The position numbers and the translations under genes are program-made. The notes beneath the pieces were generated by a model. The model did not search any database. It was not told the origin of the DNA and saw only the letters and a program-made list of their open reading frames with translations. From the NCBI GenBank assembly GCA_040754955.1, contig JBFMCA010000011.1, forward strand, positions 543-64,542: DNA of 64,000 nt. The letters are read 5' to 3'. The DNA is from Acidobacteriota bacterium (lineage in GTDB: Bacteria; Acidobacteriota; Vicinamibacteria; Vicinamibacterales; UBA2999). Numbering within the stretch: the first letter of the stretch is position 1; each line of letters begins with the position of its first letter. Of this stretch, positions 47,609 to 55,750 are shown piece after piece.

Positions 47609-48994
47609 CTACCGCTGCGGCGTGGACGAGGGGGCCGGCGGCACGTGGAAGGTGAAGCTCGTGAACATCATCTCCTCCCACGTCTGGTCGCCCCAGAAGA
47701 CGTCCTTCGTCGGGTCCGGGTTCGACTTGTTGGACGGCGAGTTGTCGTACCAGGCCGAGGCGTGGATCGTCGTGCCGCCGGGCAGCCGCATCGGCTCGAC
47801 GAACTGGTACTCGTGCTGCCAGTTGAAGTCGTAGTTGGGCACCGAGAGGAACGGCTCGCGCCGGCCGTCCGGGTACTCCACCTCGTAGTGCCAGCGGACG
47901 CCCCGCACGTGGGTATGCGGCGTCAGGCTGAAGAGCACCACGTCGCGATTGAACGTCATCGAGGCATCCACCCGGTGGTCCTTCGCCCCGGCCGGGATGT
48001 GCAGCTCGCCGTTGATGAGCGACAGCGTGTTGAGGGGCCGCGCGGGCGGCTCCTTCGCGAAGATGAACGCCATCTTCGTGCGATCCGTGGTGGCCGTGCC
48101 GTTCGGCGTGTAGTGCATCTGGAAGACGAGCGACGCGCCCTTCGGGAGCCGCATCGCCGAGCCGGCCGGATAGACGCGATACGAGTTGCCGGGCACGTAG
48201 CCGCCCATCGACCCCTGCGTGCCGCGGATGCGCGGGCGATCGTTGGGCGGCAGGGCCTTGCGCTGCTCCTCGGGCAGCGGCGGGCCGCCGGTCTGGCCGG
48301 CGGGGATGCGCGTGCCGCCGTGGAAGGTCACGAGCGGCTGGCGGGCCGGCCCGCGAAGCGCCGCGGCCAGCGCCGCGCCCGGATTGGGCGCCGGTGCGCC
48401 CCCCGGGGGCGCGGGCGGCTTCACGTACACGATGACGTGGTGTACCACCGAGGGATTCCCCGGCCGCATCTCCCACGCCTGCACCCAGCGGTCCTCGTCG
48501 AAGTTGGCGGGCACCTCGAAGTACACGTACGGCACCTCGCCGCTGGCGGGAATCGGGTAGTCCTCCTGCATCTCGACCACCGCGTCGGGCGTGCCAATGG
48601 TCCACCCGGAGGGATACGTCGGCGCCGGCGGCAGGTCCTTCGCGTCGCCTTCCGGTGCCCCGGCCTCGACCCAGCGGAGGATGGTCTCCTTCTCGGCGCT
48701 CGTCAGCCGCCGCTCGTTGGCGAACCTGCCGATGGCCGGGTCGGCGTGCCACGGCGGCATGACGCCGTCGCGGACCCGCGCGGCGATGGACCGCGCCCAG
48801 GGCCGGGCCTCCTTGTAGGTCAGCAGCGACATGGGCGTCGCCTCGCCGGGGCGATGGCAGGTCGTGCAGTTGTCGAAGAAGATGGGCGCGACGTCCTTGC
48901 TGAAGGTCGGCGCCGTGGCCGAGGGCTGGGCCCCCGCGTGGCTGGCCAGTGCGGTGGCCGCGACGAACACGACGATGCCGGCGTTCGGTCTCAT
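47609..48994 (-). CDS. Secreted heme-c (CxxCH) domain fused to a PHM/DBH-like copper monooxygenase-type domain
   Basis: It has a signal peptide and FSKDVAPIFFDNCTTCHRPGE. HHVIVY and PHTHVRG...EEMMF resemble the CuH (HH..H) and CuM (HxH..M) sites of copper type II ascorbate-dependent monooxygenases. Confidence 0.55.
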   Translation of the reverse strand: MRPNAGIVVFVAATALASHAGAQPSATAPTFSKDVAPIFFDNCTTCHRPGEATPMSLLTYKEARPWARSIAARVRDGVMPPWHADPAIGRFANERRLTSAEKETILRWVEAGAPEGDAKDLPPAPTYPSGWTIGTPDAVVEMQEDYPIPASGEVPYVYFEVPANFDEDRWVQAWEMRPGNPSVVHHVIVYVKPPAPPGGAPAPNPGAALAAALRGPARQPLVTFHGGTRIPAGQTGGPPLPEEQRKALPPNDRPRIRGTQGSMGGYVPGNSYRVYPAGSAMRLPKGASLVFQMHYTPNGTATTDRTKMAFIFAKEPPARPLNTLSLINGELHIPAGAKDHRVDASMTFNRDVVLFSLTPHTHVRGVRWHYEVEYPDGRREPFLSVPNYDFNWQHEYQFVEPMRLPGGTTIHASAWYDNSPSNKSNPDPTKDVFWGDQTWEEMMFTSFTFHVPPAPSSTPQR

Positions 48995-49028
48995 GCGCAG
49001 GGGCTCCTCGGTCGGGAAGCGAAATCAC

Positions 49029-49034
49029 ATTATC
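49029..49034 (-). promoter_or_regulatory. -10-like GATAAT (extended TAGATAAT), 34 nt upstream of ATG 48994
   Basis: The minus strand reads TTTTCGTAGATAATGTGATTTCGCTTCCCGACCGAGGAGCCCCTGCGCATG, with GAGGAG 10 nt before the ATG. Confidence 0.3.
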
Positions 49035-49094
49035 TACGAAAACCGGCGGGCTCCGGTTCCGCCGGGCCGCCGTGAACCTGATAGGATGCGCGGC

Positions 49095-50180
49095 ATGACG
49101 CGATCCCGCACGGTCGTTCTCCTGTGCCTCGTTCTCCTGGGCGGCGGCGCCCTGGCGCTCGGCGGCTCGGGCCTCGGCGCTGCGCAGGAGGCCTCCCGCC
49201 CGCCCGGCACGAGCTACAGCGGCAAGGCGTTCACCTTCCACACCATCGCCGATGGCGTGTACCACGCCGTCGGGACCGGGGCGCTCGTCGTGATGTCGAA
49301 CGCCACGATCATCGAGGGCGACCGCGATGTGCTCGTGGTCGACTCCCACGTCACCCCCGGCGGGGCCTGGGCGCTCCGGGAGGAGCTCAAGGCGATTACG
49401 CCAAAGCCCATTCGGTACGTGGTCAACTCGCACTTCCACTTCGACCACTCGCACGGGAATCAGATCTACGGCCCCGACGTGGAGATCATCGGCCACGAGT
49501 TCGCGCGCCAGCAGATGGTGGCCGGCAAGTCGCTCGATTCGCCGGCGTACGAGTTCTTCGTGGGTGGTGTCCCGAACACCATTGCTGCGCTCGAGAGCAA
49601 GCTGCAGGCGGCCGTCGACGAGAAGACGCGCGGGGAGCTCGAGCGCCAGCTTGCCATCCAGCGGAATCACCTGGACGGCACCAGGGCGGTGCGGCCGACG
49701 CCGCCGAACGTGACGCTCAGCCACCGCCTGACGCTCTACCGCGGCCAGCGCGAGATCCGGCTGCTGCACCTCGGCCGCGGCCATACGGGCGGCGACCTCG
49801 TCGTCCACCTGCCGAAGGAACGGATCATCGCCACCGGGGATCTGCTGGTGGAGGGCACATCCTACATGGGCGACGCCTACTTCACGGAGTGGATTGCCAC
49901 CATCGAGGCCCTCAAGCAGGTGGACTTCGACACCGTGCTCCCCGGCCACGGCCAGGCGTTCACGGGCAAGGCCAAGCTGGACCACTGGCAGGCCTACCTG
50001 CGGGACTTCTGGGCGCAGGCGCAGAAGTTCCACCAGGCGGGCGTGCCGTGGGAGGAGGCCGCGAAGCAGGTGGACCTGCGCGGGCACGCGGTGAACTACC
50101 CGAACATCCGCGGCGTGGGCCTCACGCCGAATCACGGCATGCGCCGGGCGTACCAGATTCTGGACGGGGTCGTGAAGTAG
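49095..50180 (+). CDS. MBL-fold metallo-hydrolase, secreted
   Basis: It has a signal peptide, the HFHFDHSHG motif and a downstream GHTGGD. AGGA lies 8 nt upstream of ATG 49095; an alternative ATG is at 49086. Confidence 0.85.
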   Translation: MTRSRTVVLLCLVLLGGGALALGGSGLGAAQEASRPPGTSYSGKAFTFHTIADGVYHAVGTGALVVMSNATIIEGDRDVLVVDSHVTPGGAWALREELKAITPKPIRYVVNSHFHFDHSHGNQIYGPDVEIIGHEFARQQMVAGKSLDSPAYEFFVGGVPNTIAALESKLQAAVDEKTRGELERQLAIQRNHLDGTRAVRPTPPNVTLSHRLTLYRGQREIRLLHLGRGHTGGDLVVHLPKERIIATGDLLVEGTSYMGDAYFTEWIATIEALKQVDFDTVLPGHGQAFTGKAKLDHWQAYLRDFWAQAQKFHQAGVPWEEAAKQVDLRGHAVNYPNIRGVGLTPNHGMRRAYQILDGVVK

Positions 50181-50303
50181 AAACCCGCTCGACCGCCCCC
50201 ACCCGTGTCGCCACGGGGAGCACGGCGGCCCGGAGGCACCCAACCGCACCCGTTGTGGTGGCCAGCCTCCGTGCTTCCGGGTTTCCGTGCCCTCGTGGTC
50301 TTC

Positions 50304-51290
50304 TCAGCAGGCGTGCACGATCGCGGCGCTGGTCCCGTGGAGCCACGCCGCGCCGCCGGGCTCGCCGAAGCACGCCGTTGCCGCGGCATCCGCCGTCATG
50401 CAGTCGTCGGCGCGCACCGTGAGGCTGCGCATGGGCGTCACGCGCGGCTCCGCGCTCCGCGGATCCAGCAGGTGGTGATAGCGCCGCCCGCGGTGCTCGA
50501 AGTACTGCACGTAATCGCCGGACGTGGCGACCGCCGCGTCCTCGAGGTCGAACTCGGCCACGAGACGGTCGGGGCGCTCCGGCGACCGGACGCCCACCCG
50601 CCACGGCCTGCCGTCGGCCGCGCGGCCGAGCGCATAGAGGTCGCCGCCGACATTGACCAGCGCATGCGCGATGCCCCGCTCGCGCAGCGCAGCCACGGCC
50701 TGGTCCACGGCATACCCCTTGGCGATGCCTCCGAGATCGATGCCCACGTCGGCGGACGTGAACCGCACGGCCGGGCGGCCCGACCAGGTGCCGACATCGA
50801 GCGCGCGATACAGACCGCGCCCCGCAAAGCGCTGCACGTCGGCGCCGGCCGGCGGCCTCGTCCGCCGCCCCACGTCCCAGAGCGCCACGGCCCCGCCCAG
50901 CGCCGGATCGAAGGCGCCGTCGGTGCGCGTCGCCCAGGTGAGCGCCGCGCCGACCACAGCCGCAGTCTCCCGCGTCACGACCACCGCTTCGGCGGCGGCC
51001 AAGCGGTTGGCGCGGCCGATGTCCGACGCCGCCTGGAACCGCGACATCAGGCCCTCGACGGCCCGGAGACGGGCCAGCGCCGCGTCGATCGCGGCGTGTG
51101 CGGCGCGGGCGTCGCGATGCGCCACCGCGAAATCGGCGATCGTGCCCATCACGGGCACCGTGCGCTGGGCAACCGCGAGCCGCCGCGCCTGCCACGGCAC
51201 CGCGGCGACGACGAGCGCGCCGACGCCGAGCGCCACGAACTCGCGCCGCGTCAGCCCCGACCCAGCCACCGGATCACGATTCGTCATCAT
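50304..51290 (-). CDS. apbE: FAD:protein FMN transferase ApbE (Tat signal)
   Basis: The LTRREFVALGVGA signal, VMGT, GGIAKGYAVD and TSGDY motifs are present. Confidence 0.9.
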   Translation of the reverse strand: MMTNRDPVAGSGLTRREFVALGVGALVVAAVPWQARRLAVAQRTVPVMGTIADFAVAHRDARAAHAAIDAALARLRAVEGLMSRFQAASDIGRANRLAAAEAVVVTRETAAVVGAALTWATRTDGAFDPALGGAVALWDVGRRTRPPAGADVQRFAGRGLYRALDVGTWSGRPAVRFTSADVGIDLGGIAKGYAVDQAVAALRERGIAHALVNVGGDLYALGRAADGRPWRVGVRSPERPDRLVAEFDLEDAAVATSGDYVQYFEHRGRRYHHLLDPRSAEPRVTPMRSLTVRADDCMTADAAATACFGEPGGAAWLHGTSAAIVHAC

Positions 51291-51453
51291 GCCACTCCAC
51301 CGGCTCGCCGCCGCGAGCCTCGTCGGGATGCGCGCACGCGCCCCCGTGGCACGTGCAGTGGGCGCACCTCCCGCGCGCCCGGCCCCGCTCGAGGATTCCG
51401 TACAGCGCGAACAGCGCCGCGAATCCGCCGACAGCGATGAGCACCGACGTCAT
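51274..51453 (-). CDS. Small Cys-rich membrane protein (NqrM- or FeoB-associated-Cys-rich-like)
   Basis: 59 aa: MTSVLIAVGGFAALFALYGILERGRARGRCAHCTCHGGACAHPDEARGGEPVEWHDDES. It has an ATGA overlap with the rnfA stop and a 17-nt overlap with the apbE start. Confidence 0.6.
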   Translation of the reverse strand: MTSVLIAVGGFAALFALYGILERGRARGRCAHCTCHGGACAHPDEARGGEPVEWHDDES

Positions 51454-52028
51454 GCCGTGCTGAAGAGGCCGGCGAAGCCCATGAACGCCAGCGACAGCGC
51501 GCCAGCCAGAATGAGAACCAGGCCCATGTTCCGGGCGGCGTCCGGCACGTCCGCCAGCTCCAGCTGCTCGCGGATCGAGGCCATGAGCACGAGCGCGATG
51601 GTCAGCCCGATGCCCGCGCCAACGGCAAAGAACACGCCCTCGACGAGCCCGTACCCGCGGTTGGTCGAGAAGATCGCCAGCCCCAGAATCGCGCAGTTCG
51701 TGGTGATGAGCGGCAGGAAGATGCCCAGGGCGCGGAAGAGCGCCGGACTCAGCTTCTTGATCGCCATCTCGACGATCTGCACGAGCGAAGCGATGACGAT
51801 GATGAACGCGATGATGCGCAGGTAAGGCGCCGACGGCAGCAGGAACGTGTTGAGCGCCCAGACGGCCACCGCGGTCACCACCATCACGAAGATGTTGGCG
51901 AGGCCCATCCTGAGCGCGGTCTCCACCTTCCCCGACACGCCAAGGAAGGGGCACAGGCCCAGGAACAGCGCCAGCGTGAAGTTGTTGACCACGGCCGCCG
52001 AGACCAGAATCCAGACGAGGTCCGCCAT
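51450..52028 (-). CDS. rnfA: Rnf electron transport complex subunit A
   Basis: MADLVWILVSAAVVNNFTLALFLGLCPFLGVS... 192 aa. Confidence 0.92.
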   Translation of the reverse strand: MADLVWILVSAAVVNNFTLALFLGLCPFLGVSGKVETALRMGLANIFVMVVTAVAVWALNTFLLPSAPYLRIIAFIIVIASLVQIVEMAIKKLSPALFRALGIFLPLITTNCAILGLAIFSTNRGYGLVEGVFFAVGAGIGLTIALVLMASIREQLELADVPDAARNMGLVLILAGALSLAFMGFAGLFSTA

Positions 52029-52029
52029 G

Positions 52030-52692
52030 CTAGGCCGCCTCCTCGACGTCCGCTCCGCCGCTCGACGCCGCACGGGCCCGCGCGTCGCCGCGCCGCGTGT
52101 ACCAGCTGAACAGGAGCAGGAGCACCCCGAGTGTGAGGAACCCGCCGGGCGGAAGGATCATGACGACCCACGGCTCGTAGCGGGGCCCGAACACGCTCAC
52201 CCCCAGGAACGTGCCGCTGCCGAGCACCTCGCGCACCGTCCCCATCAGCAGCATGGTCATTGCGAAGCCCGCCGACATGCCGAGCGCATCCAGGAGCGAT
52301 CGGCCCACGGGGTTCCTCGACGCGAACGCCTCCTGGCGCCCGAGGATGATGCAGTTCACCACGATCAACGCGACGAAGGCGCCGAGCTCCTTGTGCACGA
52401 CCGGCACGTATGCCTCGAGGATCATGTCGGCCATCGTCACGAAGGTCGCGATGATGAGGATGTAGCTCGAAATCCGCACGTCGCTCGGGACGATGCGCTT
52501 GATGGTGGACACGAGCAGGCTCGAACCCACGAGCACGAAGAGCACGGCCGCGCTCATGACGAGGCTGTTGGCGACGCTGTTGGTGACAGCCAGCGCCGGG
52601 CACAGGCCGAGCAGCTGCACCAGGACCGGGTTCTCGCGCCACAGGCCCTTGGTGAACTCCGTCGACGGCGGGGCTGGCTGCCGCGGGCTCAT
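52030..52692 (-). CDS. rnfE: Rnf electron transport complex subunit E
   Basis: GLWRENPVLVQLLGLCPALAVTNS... 220 aa. It has an ATGA overlap with the rnfG stop. Confidence 0.92.
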   Translation of the reverse strand: MSPRQPAPPSTEFTKGLWRENPVLVQLLGLCPALAVTNSVANSLVMSAAVLFVLVGSSLLVSTIKRIVPSDVRISSYILIIATFVTMADMILEAYVPVVHKELGAFVALIVVNCIILGRQEAFASRNPVGRSLLDALGMSAGFAMTMLLMGTVREVLGSGTFLGVSVFGPRYEPWVVMILPPGGFLTLGVLLLLFSWYTRRGDARARAASSGGADVEEAA

Positions 52693-53351
52693 GGCTGCGG
52701 CTCCCGCGGCACATGCGCCGCGATGATCGGTCCGATCCGCTCGAGCGTCGTGTTGATGGCCTGGACCACGGCCCGCGACGAGATGGTCGCGCCGGTGATC
52801 ATCACGAGCTCGTTCGGCAACCCGTCGCCCTGGCCGTCCCGCACGGGCACGAGCGGCGCCCGCACCCGCGCAAACTGCTCGACGAATCCGGCGTCCTTGA
52901 AGATCTTGTCCCCCAGGCCGGGTGTCTCCTTCGAGTCGAGCACGCGCATGCCCAGCAGCTGCGACGACGCGGGGTCGTACCCGAAGAGGAGCCGGATGGT
53001 GTCCTGGAAACCCGGCCCGGCGGCCAGGATGGCGTAGCCGGCCGGCGCCCCGCCGCGCCACCCCAGATACACGGCCTCGGCCGTGTCGGCATCCGCGCCG
53101 GCCGGGAGCGTCGGCGACAGCGTGGTGCCCGTGACGTAGAGGGTGTCGTACCGGTCCGGGGCGGCCAGCACTTCCTGGACGGCGGCCGCCAGCGCCGCCG
53201 CCTTGTTGGCGCGAATCCGGGGCGAGGTCGCCACGAACACGGACACGATCAGCAGGCCGGCGAGCGCGCCGAAGCCGCCCAGCGTGGCGATGAGACGCTG
53301 CGACGAGGCAGATGGACGGGCCGGCGGCGCGGACGGAGTGCCGTGGGTCAT
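52689..53351 (-). CDS. rnfG: Rnf electron transport complex subunit G (FMN-binding)
   Basis: It has an N-terminal TM, ETPGLGDK, and the flavinylation motif ITGATISSRAV. It has an ATGA overlap with the rnfD stop. Confidence 0.9.
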   Translation of the reverse strand: MTHGTPSAPPARPSASSQRLIATLGGFGALAGLLIVSVFVATSPRIRANKAAALAAAVQEVLAAPDRYDTLYVTGTTLSPTLPAGADADTAEAVYLGWRGGAPAGYAILAAGPGFQDTIRLLFGYDPASSQLLGMRVLDSKETPGLGDKIFKDAGFVEQFARVRAPLVPVRDGQGDGLPNELVMITGATISSRAVVQAINTTLERIGPIIAAHVPREPQP

Positions 53352-54352
53352 GCCGACACCTTCTCCGGTCCGGTCCCGAACACCCGCGGCTGGGTCGCCC
53401 GGTTGATGAACGGCACGAGCGCGTTCATGATCAGGATGGCGTACATCACACCCTCGGCCAAACCGCCCCACAGCCGAATCAGCACCACCAGCGCGCCCAC
53501 GCCCGCGCCGAAAATCCAGCTTCCGCGGTTGGTGACCGGCGAGGTCACCATGTCGGTCGCCATGTACACCGCGCCGAGCATGAGGCCGCCGGAGAACAGC
53601 ATGAACTGCGGCGTGGGATACCGGGCGGCGTCAATCGCATGGAATACGCCGCTGAGAGCCGCCACCGTCAGGAGGATGCTCACCGGGATGCGCCAATTGA
53701 GGTAGTTCTTGACGGCGAGATAGCCGCCGCACACGAGGATCAGCAGCGCGCTCGTCTCGCCCAGCGATCCCGCCGTGGTGCCGAGCGCCAGGTCGCGGAC
53801 GGGCGTCGCGATCCGCTCGAACTTCATCAAGCCGAGCGGCGTGGCCGTGGTGACCGCATCCACCTGGCTCGACATGAGGGGCAGCGCGAAGTTGTCGCCG
53901 CGCAGCGACCACCACGAGACGCCGTCGACCGCCGGCCACGTCGTGAGGGCCACGGGAAACGCCGCCTGCAGGAACGCCCGTCCGAGCAGCGCCGGATTGA
54001 ACACGTTCTGGCCCAGGCCGCCGAAGATGGTCTTGCCGAATCCGATGCCGAAGGCGCCTCCGAGCGCCGCCATCCAGAGCGGCAGCCCCGCCGGCAGGCA
54101 CAGCCCCAGCAGCAGGCCCGTGATGACGGCGGAGCCGTCGCCGACCACGCCCGTGCGGCCCCACGCCGCTTCGGCCCCGACGGCGCCAGCGACCGACGCC
54201 AGGATCACGAGCAGCGCGCTCGGGCCGAAGGCGTAGCCGGCGAAAACCACGATGGGCACCAGGCTCCCGACGACCGACCACATGATGGTGGGCGTCGAAT
54301 CGCGGCTGCGGAGGTGCGGCGACGCGGTGACGAGCAGGCGCGGGTCGGTCAT
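53348..54352 (-). CDS. rnfD: Rnf electron transport complex subunit D
   Basis: 334 aa: SPHLRS..., NPALLGRAF, and YMATDMVTSP (FMN-attachment Thr). It has an ATGA overlap with the rnfC stop. Confidence 0.92.
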   Translation of the reverse strand: MTDPRLLVTASPHLRSRDSTPTIMWSVVGSLVPIVVFAGYAFGPSALLVILASVAGAVGAEAAWGRTGVVGDGSAVITGLLLGLCLPAGLPLWMAALGGAFGIGFGKTIFGGLGQNVFNPALLGRAFLQAAFPVALTTWPAVDGVSWWSLRGDNFALPLMSSQVDAVTTATPLGLMKFERIATPVRDLALGTTAGSLGETSALLILVCGGYLAVKNYLNWRIPVSILLTVAALSGVFHAIDAARYPTPQFMLFSGGLMLGAVYMATDMVTSPVTNRGSWIFGAGVGALVVLIRLWGGLAEGVMYAILIMNALVPFINRATQPRVFGTGPEKVSA

Positions 54353-55677
54353 GCGGCCGGCTTTCGCTGCCGCAGGGCGGCCTTCGCCGCCGCAAACTGC
54401 TGCGACAGGGGGATGTTGGACGGGCACACGTAGGAACAGCACCCGCACAGCATGCAGTCGTTGAGGTGGTAGGTCGCGGCCATCTCGTCGTACCGCCCGG
54501 CCGCGGCCAGGGTGCCGAGCTGCTGCGGGTTGAGGAAGACCGGACAGGCGTCCAGACAGTGGCCGCACCGGATGCACGGATAGGACGCCTGCGGCTTGCA
54601 CTCCCGCGCCGCGAGGACGATGACGCCGGTCGTGCCCTTCGTGAGCGGCGTGTCGAGATTGGCCTGCGCCGCTCCCATCATCGGGCCGCCAAACACGATC
54701 TCGCGCGCGTCGTCGGTCAGCCCGCCGCAGGCCTCCAGCAGGTCGCCGAGCCGCGTACCGACCGGCACGATGAGGTTGGCGGGCTTGCGCACGCCGAGGC
54801 CGGTGACCGTCACGATTCGCTCCACGAGGGGCAGGCCCGTCTCGAAGACCTCGGCAATCGTCGCCACCGACGCGGCATTCTGCACGACGACCCCGACGTC
54901 CATCGGCAGCTTGCCCGACGGGACCTCGCGGCCCGTCACGGCCTCGATGAGCATCTTCTCGGCGCCCTGGGGATACTTCACCGTCAGGGGCAGGACGGTG
55001 ACGTCGAGGTCGTCGGGCCGGGTGCGGGCCAGCGCGTCGATGGCGTCGGGCTTGTTCCGCTCGACGCCGATGACGGCCTTCGACACGCCCAGAATGCGCA
55101 TCATGATCCGGATGCCGAGGTGCACCCGCCCCGGGTATTCGACCATCGACCGGTGATCGGTCGTCAGGTACGGCTCGCACTCGCAGCCGTTCACCAGGAT
55201 CATCGAGATGGGCTTGTCCGGGGGCGGCTTGAGCTTGACGTGCGTGGGGAACGCCGCGCCGCCCAGCCCCACGACGCCGGCCTGCTGCACCGCGGCGAGC
55301 AGCCCGGCCCGATCGAGCCCGCGCCAGTCGGGCACCAGGCGGGGGCGGGGGATCTGTCCGGAGAACGGCTCCACGGCGAGGCGCAGGGCCGGCTTGAAGG
55401 TTCCGTCCGGATGCGGGCTCAGCCCGAGCTCCATGATGGTACCGCTCGCCGACGCGTGGACGGGCGAGGACACCCACCCGTCGGGCTCCGCAATCAGGTC
55501 GCCGCGCTCGACCCGATCGCCCGCGCGCACGATCGGCTTCGCCGGCGTGCCCGCATGCTGGCTCAGCGGGAGCACCACCTCGGCGGGGTACGGCAGCCGC
55601 CGGATCTTCAGATGCGCCGTGAGCTGCTTCAGCTCCGGCGGATGCACGCCGTGCCGGAACGTCAGCGTCTCGAACAC
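54349..55677 (-). CDS. rnfC: Rnf electron transport complex subunit C
   Basis: 442 aa from a GTG preceded by GGGAGG 8 nt upstream. FRHGVHPPE, GLGGAAFPTHVK, and two 4Fe-4S motifs (CIRCGHCLDACP, CMLCGCCSYVCP) are present. Confidence 0.9.
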   Translation of the reverse strand: MFETLTFRHGVHPPELKQLTAHLKIRRLPYPAEVVLPLSQHAGTPAKPIVRAGDRVERGDLIAEPDGWVSSPVHASASGTIMELGLSPHPDGTFKPALRLAVEPFSGQIPRPRLVPDWRGLDRAGLLAAVQQAGVVGLGGAAFPTHVKLKPPPDKPISMILVNGCECEPYLTTDHRSMVEYPGRVHLGIRIMMRILGVSKAVIGVERNKPDAIDALARTRPDDLDVTVLPLTVKYPQGAEKMLIEAVTGREVPSGKLPMDVGVVVQNAASVATIAEVFETGLPLVERIVTVTGLGVRKPANLIVPVGTRLGDLLEACGGLTDDAREIVFGGPMMGAAQANLDTPLTKGTTGVIVLAARECKPQASYPCIRCGHCLDACPVFLNPQQLGTLAAAGRYDEMAATYHLNDCMLCGCCSYVCPSNIPLSQQFAAAKAALRQRKPAA

Positions 55678-55750
55678 CGCCGAGGCCTCCCGATGTACGC
55701 CATGCCGTCGCTCGCCGATTCCGATTCCGGTGCCCGCCGCTCCTGCCGCA

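Noticed and set aside
50181-50303. Long-range complementarity (GAAACCCG...CGGGTTTC; CGGAGGC...GCCTCCG) between the convergent MBL and apbE genes as a structured RNA
   Set aside because: The stems are short, separated by long unpaired stretches and without covariation evidence. Chance pairing in GC-rich DNA or a weak terminator explains them just as well.
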